A stretch of 64,000 nt of DNA from a virus (taxonomy: Duplodnaviria > Heunggongvirae > Uroviricota > Caudoviricetes). The stretch lies in the IMG/VR virus record IMGVR_UViG_3300031993_000014, positions 114,987 to 178,986 of that record; one strand, 5' to 3'. A program made the translations under genes and the position numbers. Of the stretch, positions 26,665-36,050 are shown piece after piece. Each line of letters opens with the position of its first letter. The first letter of the stretch is position 1. Below the pieces are notes generated by a model. That model had not been told where the DNA came from and did no database searches. It saw only the letters and a program-made list of their open reading frames with translations.

Positions 26665-27384
26665 TTACTTGATGCAGTGATCAGGCTGTGTAAGACCGAA
26701 TCTGCCGAGCTTACGGTTTTCTTCGAGGAACGGAGAGAGGGTCTGCATAAAGTCCACGAGGAGCTTTTCGACTTCGTCAGGAACAATATAACGACCACGC
26801 TTGATCTGTGTATAGAACCACTTAATCGGGTCTACACCGAGTTCTTCAGCGACAGAACACCAGTCAGCTGCCATTTCCATGAGAGAATAGTAGTTGTATC
26901 TGTACGGCTTATGGTCTTCGCCAAACATGGTGCAACGAGCCAAATGATACATACCGCATTCAACATGGTGATCATTGTTGCGACGGTGAAGCATCATGTA
27001 GTATTCACCCATTTCACGTTCTTTTTCAGTGATTTGGAATTCGCCGTTAGTAGCGTGATTGAAGTGACGAAGAGCAAGATAACGAAGTGCTTCAGGATCC
27101 TTGAACTTGTCTTCATCGTGATGCTTGACAACATTTTCAAAGTGTGACAATGCTGCTGCTTCAAATCCCGGAATAGGATGCTTGCCAGACAAGTCTGTAC
27201 GCTTCTTGAGTTCGTAGTAAAGCGTCTTGTAATAGGAACGAGTGACCTTGGCATGTTGGATGGTTTCAGCCTTGTAGATTTCAATGATCTTATCTACATC
27301 AATCGTTTCCTTTTCGGGAGTTGCAACCTGTGCTTCTGCCTGTTCAGTTTCTTTGAGTTCTTGAGACTGTGTTTCTTCAGCCAT
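26665..27384 (-). CDS. hypothetical His-rich protein, 239 aa
   Basis: Contains HFENVVKHHDEDKF...HRRNNDHHVE. Possibly a metal-dependent hydrolase, but not a clear HD motif. Confidence 0.6.
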   Translation of the reverse strand: MAEETQSQELKETEQAEAQVATPEKETIDVDKIIEIYKAETIQHAKVTRSYYKTLYYELKKRTDLSGKHPIPGFEAAALSHFENVVKHHDEDKFKDPEALRYLALRHFNHATNGEFQITEKEREMGEYYMMLHRRNNDHHVECGMYHLARCTMFGEDHKPYRYNYYSLMEMAADWCSVAEELGVDPIKWFYTQIKRGRYIVPDEVEKLLVDFMQTLSPFLEENRKLGRFGLTQPDHCIK

Positions 27385-27699
27385 AGTGTTTCTCCATTGT
27401 TAGGTGGTTTCCATTCCTTAGTTCGGTATATCGTAGAATTACCACTGGCGATCGTATATAATTATAGGCTATTAACCACTAAAAAATAACAGGAGTAAAA
27501 ATGAAACTAGATTACAAATCACTTTGCCCGGTATACACATTTGGCCCAATTTTTAAGATTCCGATAGGGAGCTCACAGTTCCCGAAGATTCCGAAAAAGT
27601 AAAATACCGTGCAACGAGCGGTGACCACAAGGGCGGTATGACATTTGTCATATCGCTCTTATTTTTTTGTTGAACTATAAAATGAAAGGAGTAAAATAA
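27385..27699. promoter_or_regulatory. divergent intergenic control region with repeats
   Basis: 315-bp gap between divergently transcribed genes. Direct repeat AAGATTCCGA at 27559-27568 and 27590-27599. Perfect palindrome ATGACATTTGTCAT at about 27640-27653. TATAAAAT with an AT-rich tract just upstream of the RBS of the 27700 gene. Confidence 0.4.
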
Positions 27700-28413
27700 A
27701 TGGAAAATATTGAAGAGATTATAAATGCTCACATTGAGAAGGAAAACCAGATTAATGTGAAGCATCATGACGGAACCGTCACTGCGGATTATTTTCGCGA
27801 GACTTTTAAAAGAGAAAAAATTTTAGACTCTAGAGACTACAACACATTCATTAAAGCATGTGAGCGTATGGTGCGTCAGTCTGACGAGTATAAGACCTTT
27901 ATTTATAAAGTGCATAATGAACTCGGTGGCGAAGGCATTAAGTCATGCAATATTCTTGGAATGGTTACTGGGGAAGAAGCTACGCTTGAGGTAGACCACT
28001 ATCCGTTTACTCTCTATGAGATCTGCTCTGCCGTTACCAATAAATTTATCCGCCAGAAGATACCTTTTAATACTTTCATGGTTGCCGATGAAGTCATGCG
28101 TCTGCACTTCGACCTGAAGGTAGGCTTTACTGTTCTCGCTAAGACTGTGCATCAGCTCCGCCATAGTGGAAAGGTATTTATCCCATTGAACAATGTTGCA
28201 GGTCACTTCATGGAATTCTTTAAGGAATACAAAGAAGACCTTGAACCGGAGACTCTTACCAGCTTTACTAAGCTCATCGATATGACACAGAAGGGATACA
28301 GAATGAATAAGGATGAGAACTTCCTAACGGTTAAACAACAGGAGATCTATTCTCCAGACGAAATCCCGCAGATAGGTTTCAATGGAACGTCCGATCTCTC
28401 TAATGATGATTGA
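27700..28413 (+). CDS. hypothetical protein, paralog A of a two-gene family
   Basis: Shares LEVDHYPFTLYEICSAV and VHQLRHSGKVFIPLNNVAGHFMEFFKEY with the next gene. Confidence 0.7.
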   Translation: MENIEEIINAHIEKENQINVKHHDGTVTADYFRETFKREKILDSRDYNTFIKACERMVRQSDEYKTFIYKVHNELGGEGIKSCNILGMVTGEEATLEVDHYPFTLYEICSAVTNKFIRQKIPFNTFMVADEVMRLHFDLKVGFTVLAKTVHQLRHSGKVFIPLNNVAGHFMEFFKEYKEDLEPETLTSFTKLIDMTQKGYRMNKDENFLTVKQQEIYSPDEIPQIGFNGTSDLSNDD

Positions 28414-28421
28414 GGTAAACA

Positions 28422-29189
28422 ATGAAATTGCCGACAGACTTGATAGAAGAAGAAAAACAAAAATCACAAGAGAATTCCTTACAGAAAGTAACGATTAAAG
28501 ATACGGACAAATTTGAGGGTTACGCTTCATTCGCGAATCTTGAATACCTGAAAGATGACTACAAAGCCAAGGCTAAGTATATAAAATATTTAGAGAGGCT
28601 TGTAAGAGGATCTCAGGAGCTGAAGGATTATCTCTCATTCCTGAAGGAAAATGCAGAGATGAATGATTGTGCCATCCTTGCGGGCGTCAACCGTGAAGAT
28701 TGCCGTATCGAGATCCATCACTTCCCGTTTTCTCTATTCGATATTACCCGTATTGTATTGGATGATGCTCTCGCTAATAACGAAGATGTATCGAGCTTTA
28801 CTATTGTAGGGAGAGTGGTGCTGGAGCACTACTTGGGCCATGTTGGTCTCATTCCTCTATCCTTAACGGCTCACGAGCTTGCTCACAGTGGTTCCATTAC
28901 TCTATCACTGAAGAATGTGACCGGAGACTGGCAAGCGTTTGTGAAGAAGTTCGCCTATGTGATGACCAAAGATGACAGTGAGAGACTTCAGTTTCTCATT
29001 AGAGCATCGGCATCACCTGCACTTCAGACTACAAACATCCGTAAGCTTAGGATTATCCCTAGGAAGATAGAAACTATCACAGCAATAACCAACCAAACCG
29101 GAGAATCAAATGTTTCAGTGGATACGAAACTACCTGAAGAAGAGAAGAGAGAAGAAGCAGCAGTTGATGGCTGCGAACTTCCGTTCTAG
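28422..29189 (+). CDS. hypothetical protein, paralog B
   Basis: IEIHHFPFSLFDITRIV and AHELAHSGSITLSLKNVTGDWQAFVKKF align with paralog A. Confidence 0.7.
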   Translation: MKLPTDLIEEEKQKSQENSLQKVTIKDTDKFEGYASFANLEYLKDDYKAKAKYIKYLERLVRGSQELKDYLSFLKENAEMNDCAILAGVNREDCRIEIHHFPFSLFDITRIVLDDALANNEDVSSFTIVGRVVLEHYLGHVGLIPLSLTAHELAHSGSITLSLKNVTGDWQAFVKKFAYVMTKDDSERLQFLIRASASPALQTTNIRKLRIIPRKIETITAITNQTGESNVSVDTKLPEEEKREEAAVDGCELPF

Positions 29190-29532
29190 CTACCTAATGA
29201 AATACGGTCTCAACCAGGAGCGTGACTTCTCACTCCTGAAAGACCTTATTAATAAGCACACGAAGCACTATGTATCAGTGCTTACAGCCGTAGCCAAGAA
29301 CCGTGAACAGACCGAGCTAGTGAACTCCACCAAGAGTATGGAAGACATTACTAATCTCGTCTCGCAGACGGTAGGCGAGATTTCCGAATCATATAGGAAT
29401 ATCTTGTTCATCTACTTCGGAACTATGGACAACCTTGTCAACTACATTACACTTGAATACAATGTAATTCAACACGCTGTAATTGAGTGCAATAAAGCTA
29501 AGATAAGCCAGATAAAAGGCTTTCCCATCTAA
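29167..29532 (+). CDS. hypothetical protein; start uncertain
   Basis: The track ORF begins at 29110, overlapping the upstream gene by 80 nt. An internal ATG (MAANFRSSY...) is more plausible. Confidence 0.45.
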   Translation: MAANFRSSYLMKYGLNQERDFSLLKDLINKHTKHYVSVLTAVAKNREQTELVNSTKSMEDITNLVSQTVGEISESYRNILFIYFGTMDNLVNYITLEYNVIQHAVIECNKAKISQIKGFPI

Positions 29533-29544
29533 AAATCGAAAGAA

Positions 29545-29577
29545 CTCCTTGTTGAGAACAACAAGGAGATTTTTATG
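29545..29577 (+). terminator. terminator hairpin whose 3' arm contains the SD of the next gene
   Basis: ctccttgttg-agaa-caacaaggag is a 10-bp stem followed by ATTTTTATG. AAGGAG at 29563-29568 lies inside the stem. Confidence 0.55.
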
Positions 29578-30123
29578 TACGATAAAGTAGAAGAGACCGT
29601 CTTAATCTTGCCGAAGTCTGGCATTAGAATGTCTTTATTGGTGAGAACCGATGAAGAGACATTCCGTGAGACGACTACAAACAACGGAGACAAGTGTCTG
29701 AGAGTCATGACGAGCGATTACATCATGATTTCATTGAGGGATCGTGATGTCTACGCTTCAGTCTCTATTTCCTATTTCTGTCTGGAGACTTTCAAAGAAG
29801 GTCTGAAGGAATGTTTGCAGTTCATTCAAGATTCTATCATTGATGACGGCAGCTCTTACAGCGTGGATCCTAAGAAAGCAGCTGGGTTTAAGATCGAGAA
29901 TCTGTGTAACAACCGTTCGCTTCTGTTCACTCCATACATTGATGCGGACGAAGACGGCAACCAGACTCCGGGTGTAACAATCTGGTTCTCAGATGAAATC
30001 TCGGCGTTCGTGGCTTACAATGACTTTGAAGCATTGGTGAATACCTGTTTGCACTTCGATCTCTATATGGCTTCGAAACTGTTGCTAAATAATGCCATGC
30101 TGTACGAAATGCAAAAGAAATAA
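29575..30123 (+). CDS. hypothetical protein, 182 aa
   Basis: RBS AAGGAG plus 7 nt before the ATG. Confidence 0.65.
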   Translation: MYDKVEETVLILPKSGIRMSLLVRTDEETFRETTTNNGDKCLRVMTSDYIMISLRDRDVYASVSISYFCLETFKEGLKECLQFIQDSIIDDGSSYSVDPKKAAGFKIENLCNNRSLLFTPYIDADEDGNQTPGVTIWFSDEISAFVAYNDFEALVNTCLHFDLYMASKLLLNNAMLYEMQKK

Positions 30124-30165
30124 AAAAAAAAACATAGGCGAAAGCCTATGTTTCTATTTTTATTT
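30122..30165. terminator. bidirectional terminator, GAAA-loop hairpin
   Basis: A10, then acataggc-gaaa-gcctatgt, then a T-rich tract. Lies between convergent genes. Confidence 0.75.
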
Positions 30166-31332
30166 TAGTCTGTCAACATCGATGTTACGGACGTGGTCAA
30201 TAGCGTCCAATATCACATCGGTCAATGAGATATTGCAGAACCAGTCTACCTTTTCGATATACATGTCGTCCCTAGCTTCAGGCTCAAGGATTCTACGGAT
30301 ACTGTCGGGAAGTCTTCTAATAAGGAACCCGAGTACAGCTTTAGCATTATCCGTGAACTTGCAATCTTCAAAGACTAACGGGCCAAGATCGTATGAAACG
30401 ATTTGGTCGTATGCACAATCGAAATTGGTAACATAAGGTTTAAAGTTCGTGTAGAAGGTCTCGGATTTCCCATCCTTGACTTTCTCACGTATTTCCTTCA
30501 TGCGTTCGAGAGGCGTAGGGTCAAGCTTGTCACCGCCTTCTGCGTTTTCTCTCAGGTAGCTGAGGATCTCAATCATACCGTCAAGAGTCATCAGAGAGAC
30601 ATAATAAGGCTTTTCCATTATCTCGCGATTGGTAAGACTGATGGCAAGAGTTATGCCACTGGTGTTATTATCCAGAGAGATAGTAGTGCCACGCTCAGGA
30701 TTCTTCTTAGCCATACGGTCTGCATAAGCTTGCGCCACCTTGTAATCGGAGAATCTCAGAATGTCAGACAGGCATCCATTGATGTCCATTTCATCGGCTG
30801 TTTCAACACCGTTTCTTAGCATGATGTTAAGCAGCTTGGTAGTCATGGTGCAATCCGGATCATCCTTGAGATTGAACATCTCCGGGTTTTCTTTAGCCAT
30901 CCGCTGTATGCGTTCAACACCCTTAGAATTCCAGTATGTGATCTGCCCAAGAGTAGCCATCATTCTGGCAAAGCCATCAGTCTCGTTCTTAACCATGAAG
31001 CAGATTGCGGAATCGATGTATGCTGTAAGAACGAGGGCTTTTCCTGTTAGTGTCTGGCTTATTTCCATCTTTCGCTTTGCAAATACGTTGAGAGTTCTTA
31101 CAATACTCTCTGACATGTTTCTTGCGTTTATAACCCAGACATCGTCGTATGCCTTGTATGTCGTTCTCGTCGATACAACGATGGCGGCATTCAGCATAGC
31201 TTCAAAATTCTTTTCAGTTTCTTCTTTGGTATCGGAAGAGATAGCCTTGATCATGTTCTCATTGAACGAGGTCATGGCTACCGCTACCGAGAGTCTTCCT
31301 GATGTAGTATTAGGCAGACTGTCTATTTTCAC
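30160..31332 (-). CDS. hypothetical protein, 390 aa
   Basis: ORF translationally coupled with the rusA-like gene upstream. Confidence 0.65.
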   Translation of the reverse strand: MKIDSLPNTTSGRLSVAVAMTSFNENMIKAISSDTKEETEKNFEAMLNAAIVVSTRTTYKAYDDVWVINARNMSESIVRTLNVFAKRKMEISQTLTGKALVLTAYIDSAICFMVKNETDGFARMMATLGQITYWNSKGVERIQRMAKENPEMFNLKDDPDCTMTTKLLNIMLRNGVETADEMDINGCLSDILRFSDYKVAQAYADRMAKKNPERGTTISLDNNTSGITLAISLTNREIMEKPYYVSLMTLDGMIEILSYLRENAEGGDKLDPTPLERMKEIREKVKDGKSETFYTNFKPYVTNFDCAYDQIVSYDLGPLVFEDCKFTDNAKAVLGFLIRRLPDSIRRILEPEARDDMYIEKVDWFCNISLTDVILDAIDHVRNIDVDRLK

Positions 31333-31859
31333 TTTTTCGGCTCCCTGAATTTGATATGGAATAATACCCTAGGAGTAGCAGAGTAATACTTATCGCAACC
31401 TTCGTTTACAACAAGCTTATCATCATCCCAGAGTACGTTGTTAGCCGCATCCATGAACAACTTTGCGTAGTTATCCACGTCCGGCTTCGTAAGCGGACGG
31501 AGTAATCCTTCTTCATACAAAGGCATCTCGTAATCCTTAACGGTCTTAGGAGCTTTCTTGTATGAATCCATCTTGAAATAGATGGCTGTATCGCGAATCA
31601 TGGAGACCCCAGCATCTTTCATCGCATCCAGAATGTAATCCCTAAAGATCTTCTTGGTAGAAGTATTGGGGTCATACATGGACAGGAACTTACCGTTCTT
31701 ATCCATTCTGGCACGTTCGCGTTGCCAAGCCTTCGGTTCTCCCATAATCTCTATCGTGATTTCCTTCCACTGGAAGTCATTGATGAGATGGATGCGGAGT
31801 TCCTTAGTCTTCTGAGCTATCTTCTCTTCTTTAGTAAGGGTGCTAGCCATAATTTCCTC
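31329..31859 (-). CDS. rusA: RusA-family Holliday junction resolvase
   Basis: ...GEPKAWQRERARMDKNGKF... and KPDVDNYAKLFMDAANNVLWDDDKLVV match RusA motifs. Start moved to the ATG with AAGAGGAAA RBS (MASTLTKEE...). Confidence 0.75.
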   Translation of the reverse strand, partial: EEIMASTLTKEEKIAQKTKELRIHLINDFQWKEITIEIMGEPKAWQRERARMDKNGKFLSMYDPNTSTKKIFRDYILDAMKDAGVSMIRDTAIYFKMDSYKKAPKTVKDYEMPLYEEGLLRPLTKPDVDNYAKLFMDAANNVLWDDDKLVVNEGCDKYYSATPRVLFHIKFREPKK

Positions 31860-32093
31860 TTTGTTAGATTGTGAATTATAATCTATAAAAAGTTCATTTG
31901 ATACATGAATTATTCGTCCTTGATATAATATGGCGTCCAAATTTGCACTGAAATTATAGTCTTTTCCGGAGGCCCATCTAACTATACATTGAAAATGTCT
32001 AGGATCCTAGTACAGTAGACATTTCTCTTGGAGCTAGGATAACATTAAGTCCTGGTTCCGTTTTCTCACAATCAAAAATAAAAGGATACAATT

Positions 32094-33986
32094 ATGTCCG
32101 TTTCTTACATGCAACCTTCTCAGAAGATGGCTGCTTGCAATGACTCGTTCACCTCCACTCTTCGCGAAGTGGCTGAAGAATTCAGCGCAAGCAATGTTAA
32201 CATCTTCAACGCCGATGACTTCAAAGACGTCTTGGGCGATGATGGCCTCTTTGGTCGTTATTCTGAAATGCTCGCTGCTGGCCTTGATGAAGCCGAAGCA
32301 GAACAGTTCAAGACTATTGCACAGTCTTCTCGTATTGAAGCTCTCGAAGCTGCCTCCCTTGGTACAGTTGCTCCGATGTCCTTCCTCCAGACCCCGATGC
32401 TCCGTAAGTCTTGGGCTCGTACGGCTATGAACAAGGCTATCCCGACGGAAGCTGTTGAAAAGCCGAAGTTCACCATTAACTACCTCCATCCGTGGCTCAA
32501 GGATCTTCAGGGCAACAAGCACTATGTGCCGGAAAACCTCATGGACATCGATACCGCTGTCTCTAAGGTTCGCCTTGCTGAAGATGTGAAGTTCTATTTC
32601 GGCGCAGGTAACTGCTTCTCCATGAATCTCCTCACTGGTCTTGATGTTGACGAATTCGGCAACGACATTGCTAATTCTAAGAACTACAAGACTCCGACTG
32701 GCGGTACTGCGGATTCTACTCCGAAGTATGATGCAGCTATCGGCATGGTCAACCATGAAAATGACGAAGTTGACGTGAACGTTTCTGTCATTACGGCTGG
32801 CTTCGATTCTTCGAAATATGTTGCCAATGCTGGTGTTCTCGTTAACGGTGTTTCGAGAAAGCTCTTGGCTCCGGCTTCCGGAACAGTCGCTCTTACTCTT
32901 AACGGCACCGCTCTCACCGATGCTGATCTCGTCAAGAACTGCAAGATCGAATGCGGCACCCGTCGTGGTGGCATCAAGGGTGTTGTGACCCTCGACGTTG
33001 AAGTTGATGCAGCTTGCATTGATTCTGGTGCAACTGGTACCGTCATCGTGACGCTCGTTGACGCTATCTACGGTGACGTTGATGTGAAGACTGGTCGTCT
33101 CACTCTCATGCAGCAGCATGGCAACCTCAAGTTTGTCATGATCAAGGCATTCGTGTCCTCTGTCATGAACAACAGCACTCTTCAGGTTGGCTTCGATATC
33201 CGCGACAAGGAAATCCACATCGGTACTGGTGAACACCTTGAAGCTCCGGTTCCGAACGAATACATCACGGACTTGCTCCGTATGTTTACGCTCAACGGTG
33301 TTTCCAAGCTCGTGGAAATCCTCTCCAGCTTCCTCGCTCAGAAGATGGACTTGGATGGCGTTAACTTCATGGATGAAGTTATTGATGACGCTATCGAACA
33401 GGCTCCGAATGGCGACTTCGTTCGTGCATTCTCTGCAAAGCCGGTGGGTAACTACCAGCTGAACCCGGCAGAATGGCCCAAGATGCTTACCAAGGTGCTC
33501 GACCACCTCTCCATGAGCATCATCAACATGTACCATTACGAACAGGGTTACTTCGTTGCGGCTTGCAACCCGCTCGATGCAGCTCTCATTCCGGACATCA
33601 ACTGGGTGTTCCACGGTAATGGTCAGTCCGAATATGCTGGCGTGAATGCTAACATTGCCTTCGGTCAGTATCAGGGTATCAACTCTTGGAAGGTTGTCTC
33701 CTCTCCGAACATCCCGCAGGGCGCTATCCGCGTTCTCTTCATCCCGACTGTTCAGGATCAGATGACTTACAAGCTCTATACCTACAGCTTCATGCTCGAA
33801 CAGGCTGGCTCTGGCTACAACAGCCCGAAGAACACTTACGTTCCGACCATCCTCACCTCTCGTCGTTACGCCTATGTTGACGTGATGCCGGGCGCAGGTC
33901 GTGTGACGATCACGAACAACAGTGCAAACTTCTACAGTTTTGCAGGCGTGTCGCCTTATTTGCCGACTGAAACGTTCATCCACTAA
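32094..33986 (+). CDS. abundant virion structural protein, candidate major capsid protein, 630 aa
   Basis: Strongly optimised codon usage (ggt/ggc/cgt/ctc/ttc/aac). Lone plus-strand gene among minus-strand genes. Followed by a perfect UUCG terminator. The 649-aa minus-strand ORF over the same region is judged antisense. No HK97 motif can be verified by eye. Confidence 0.8.
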   Translation: MSVSYMQPSQKMAACNDSFTSTLREVAEEFSASNVNIFNADDFKDVLGDDGLFGRYSEMLAAGLDEAEAEQFKTIAQSSRIEALEAASLGTVAPMSFLQTPMLRKSWARTAMNKAIPTEAVEKPKFTINYLHPWLKDLQGNKHYVPENLMDIDTAVSKVRLAEDVKFYFGAGNCFSMNLLTGLDVDEFGNDIANSKNYKTPTGGTADSTPKYDAAIGMVNHENDEVDVNVSVITAGFDSSKYVANAGVLVNGVSRKLLAPASGTVALTLNGTALTDADLVKNCKIECGTRRGGIKGVVTLDVEVDAACIDSGATGTVIVTLVDAIYGDVDVKTGRLTLMQQHGNLKFVMIKAFVSSVMNNSTLQVGFDIRDKEIHIGTGEHLEAPVPNEYITDLLRMFTLNGVSKLVEILSSFLAQKMDLDGVNFMDEVIDDAIEQAPNGDFVRAFSAKPVGNYQLNPAEWPKMLTKVLDHLSMSIINMYHYEQGYFVAACNPLDAALIPDINWVFHGNGQSEYAGVNANIAFGQYQGINSWKVVSSPNIPQGAIRVLFIPTVQDQMTYKLYTYSFMLEQAGSGYNSPKNTYVPTILTSRRYAYVDVMPGAGRVTITNNSANFYSFAGVSPYLPTETFIH

Positions 33987-34004
33987 TCTGGAAATGGGTT
34001 TTAA

Positions 34005-34036
34005 ATGGTCTAGACTTCGGTCTAGACCATTTTTAT
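34005..34036 (+). terminator. rho-independent terminator, UUCG tetraloop
   Basis: ggtctagac-ttcg-gtctagacc followed by ATTTTTATA. Confidence 0.85.
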
Positions 34037-34063
34037 AACTCGCTAATGAAAGGAGATTCTTCT

Positions 34064-34522
34064 ATGAACACAACAGCTAATGAAAGTGTTATTTCCGAAA
34101 TTTCTGACCTCTGGGAGCGTTACGAGGACTACATGGCTCCTAAGCTTAAGGAAGGTACAGATTCTATCATTGAAGAGCTTAAGAAAGCAAAGACAGCACC
34201 TGAAATTAATGCTATTGATGACCGTATCGATAAAGCCATCAATCAATGCACGAAGCTCTCTAATGCTCATGCCTATACTCTCGAACACCTAATCGTTGAT
34301 ATTAAGCAATGCCTCATTTTCCTTATCCCAGTCTTATGGCTTCCAAGTATCGTTGCCGCTATAATCAGTGACTTCTACAAGCATGGCCCGTTACTTAAAG
34401 AGAATCTGGACAAGTCGCTCTATTTCCGTATCGCTAAAACGGCTAAAGAGTGTCTTCCCAGACTCAAAAAAGCTAAGGCTGAAGCTACGGCTAAACTCGC
34501 CAAGGCTAGGGCACAAAAATAA
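34064..34522 (+). CDS. small membrane protein, ~152 aa
   Basis: Start at ATG 34064 with AAAGGAG RBS (MNTTANES...). Central hydrophobic segment CLIFLIPVLWLPSIVAAIISDF. Lys/Ala-rich C-terminus. Confidence 0.6.
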   Translation: MNTTANESVISEISDLWERYEDYMAPKLKEGTDSIIEELKKAKTAPEINAIDDRIDKAINQCTKLSNAHAYTLEHLIVDIKQCLIFLIPVLWLPSIVAAIISDFYKHGPLLKENLDKSLYFRIAKTAKECLPRLKKAKAEATAKLAKARAQK

Positions 34523-34532
34523 AATAACCTTT

Positions 34533-34566
34533 ACGGTCTAGACTTCGGTCTAGACCATTTCTTATA
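34533..34566 (+). terminator. second copy of the identical UUCG terminator
   Basis: ggtctagac-ttcg-gtctagacc again, followed by ATTTCTTATA. Confidence 0.75.
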
Positions 34567-34612
34567 CAAAAAAGAACAGGTATCTTGCGATGCCTGTTCT
34601 CTTCTTGTTTCT
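34566..34612. terminator. bidirectional cUUGCg hairpin
   Basis: gaacaggtatc-ttgc-gatgcctgttc with A6 upstream and a T-rich tract downstream. Confidence 0.6.
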
Positions 34613-34620
34613 TGTTCTCG

Positions 34621-34914
34621 TTACTTCAGGGTCACACGCAACCACTTGAAAGAGAATCCTTCGGGAAGGGTAGTAGAACCTTCCGGAAGTCTTCCTCCAG
34701 TGAGTTGTGCTACGATGACAGTATCGTCCTTGTTGAGCTTGACATTTTTGCGAACGCAAGCAACGCCAAGGACATTGGCTGTATCATTATGACCGACGGC
34801 GCTATCAAAAGAACTAAGTTCTTCCTTGCTTGGTTCAGGGATCTCAGTGATCTCGACCATTGCAGGGAATTCCCCAATCATTTGAAGGCTGAAAGCATTG
34901 CAGAGAAAAGTCAT
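34621..34914 (-). CDS. hypothetical small protein, 97 aa
   Basis: ORF only, with no RBS check made. Weak call. Confidence 0.4.
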   Translation of the reverse strand: MTFLCNAFSLQMIGEFPAMVEITEIPEPSKEELSSFDSAVGHNDTANVLGVACVRKNVKLNKDDTVIVAQLTGGRLPEGSTTLPEGFSFKWLRVTLK

Positions 34915-34969
34915 GTTTTTATCTCCTATAAGAGTGGTTAAGCTGGTCTACGGGCCAGAACGTTTATGA

Positions 34970-35419
34970 CTAAAAATCAAAGATAAGCTTGCCAAATCTC
35001 AGTTGAGCTTCCTCAACTGTGATTAATTCGTATCCTCTGCCATTACCCAAGCACAGTTCCTTTATTAGATCATCGGAACTGTTAATCTTAGCCGCTTCTT
35101 CCTCCTTTAGAAAGATATCAGTATGATTAATTTCGAGCTTATGCTCAGCTTGGTTTGTGCGTCTTTCGACGAATGTTCTGCAGAAGTTTACTCGAATATA
35201 CGACACATCCTTGTCGAGGAAGTCGTATGCGGCGAGCTCTCTTTCGTTGGGCTTGCGAGGATTATAGAACACGCAACTAAGAGCGAGCGATACCGCCCAC
35301 TTGTAACTGTACATGTCATCATACTCCTCTCCCTCCTTGAAGAGGGCAAGACCGACGCCTCTTTTCTTTTCGTATTCATGATAGATTTTTTCAAGCTTTT
35401 CTACAATTTCTACTGTCAT
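34970..35419 (-). CDS. hypothetical protein, paralog of 35528..35998
   Basis: Shares KRGxGLALF, LAAYxFLxKDxSY, CRTFVERxTNQ and EAQLRxGKLIF blocks with the upstream gene. Confidence 0.65.
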   Translation of the reverse strand: MTVEIVEKLEKIYHEYEKKRGVGLALFKEGEEYDDMYSYKWAVSLALSCVFYNPRKPNERELAAYDFLDKDVSYIRVNFCRTFVERRTNQAEHKLEINHTDIFLKEEEAAKINSSDDLIKELCLGNGRGYELITVEEAQLRFGKLIFDF

Positions 35420-35477
35420 TTTTATCTCCTGTTTAATTATGGCACTTTTTAATATACCATCGGATCACAGAAATTTA

Positions 35478-35516
35478 CAAAAAAGAAAGGGCATCTTGCG
35501 ATACCCATTCTTTTGA
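35478..35516. terminator. cUUGCg hairpin terminator between paralogs
   Basis: gggcatc-ttgc-gataccc (one G-U or mismatch) with T-rich tracts on both strands. Confidence 0.55.
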
Positions 35517-35527
35517 ACATATCTAGA

Positions 35528-35998
35528 TTAGCAAGCGAAGATGAGCTTTCCAATTCGCAATTGCGCTTCATCTGCGGTTAGTATTTCATACTCTCTGCCA
35601 TTGCAAGAGCATAAAGCCTTTACAAGCTTTTCAATACTGTCAATCTCTTTGGCTTCTTTATCTGTCAAGAAAAGACAAACAGTGTTTATTTCAACCTTAT
35701 GAATTGGTTGATTTGTCTGTCTTTCAACAAACGTTCTGCAAAGTGTTATCTTGACATAAGAAGTATCTTTGCATAAAAATGGATATGCCGCGAGTTCTCC
35801 TTCCGTTGGTTTAGAGACATTTTGCAGTATACTGCTAGATAGAGACATCGCCACTGCCCATCTGTAGTTGCGTATACCGTCATGTTCCTCATTCTCGGCG
35901 AAGAGCGCAAGACCAGTGCCACGTTTATTAATGAATTCGCGGATAAGGTCTGCTAGTTTAGACACAGTTTCACTTGCTGTTTTCTTGTTCATTGTCAT
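35528..35998 (-). CDS. hypothetical protein, paralog of 34970..35419
   Basis: See the paralog entry at 34970..35419. Confidence 0.65.
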   Translation of the reverse strand: MTMNKKTASETVSKLADLIREFINKRGTGLALFAENEEHDGIRNYRWAVAMSLSSSILQNVSKPTEGELAAYPFLCKDTSYVKITLCRTFVERQTNQPIHKVEINTVCLFLTDKEAKEIDSIEKLVKALCSCNGREYEILTADEAQLRIGKLIFAC

Positions 35999-36050
35999 TT
36001 TTCTCCTTTAAAAAGAGAGTATGCTTTCGCATACCCTCCTATGAAATAGG

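Noticed and set aside
32034-33983. 649-aa minus-strand ORF
   Set aside because: It is antisense to the codon-optimised 630-aa plus-strand gene. The protein is R/H/V/D-rich and low in information, and the plus-strand gene has an RBS and a terminator.
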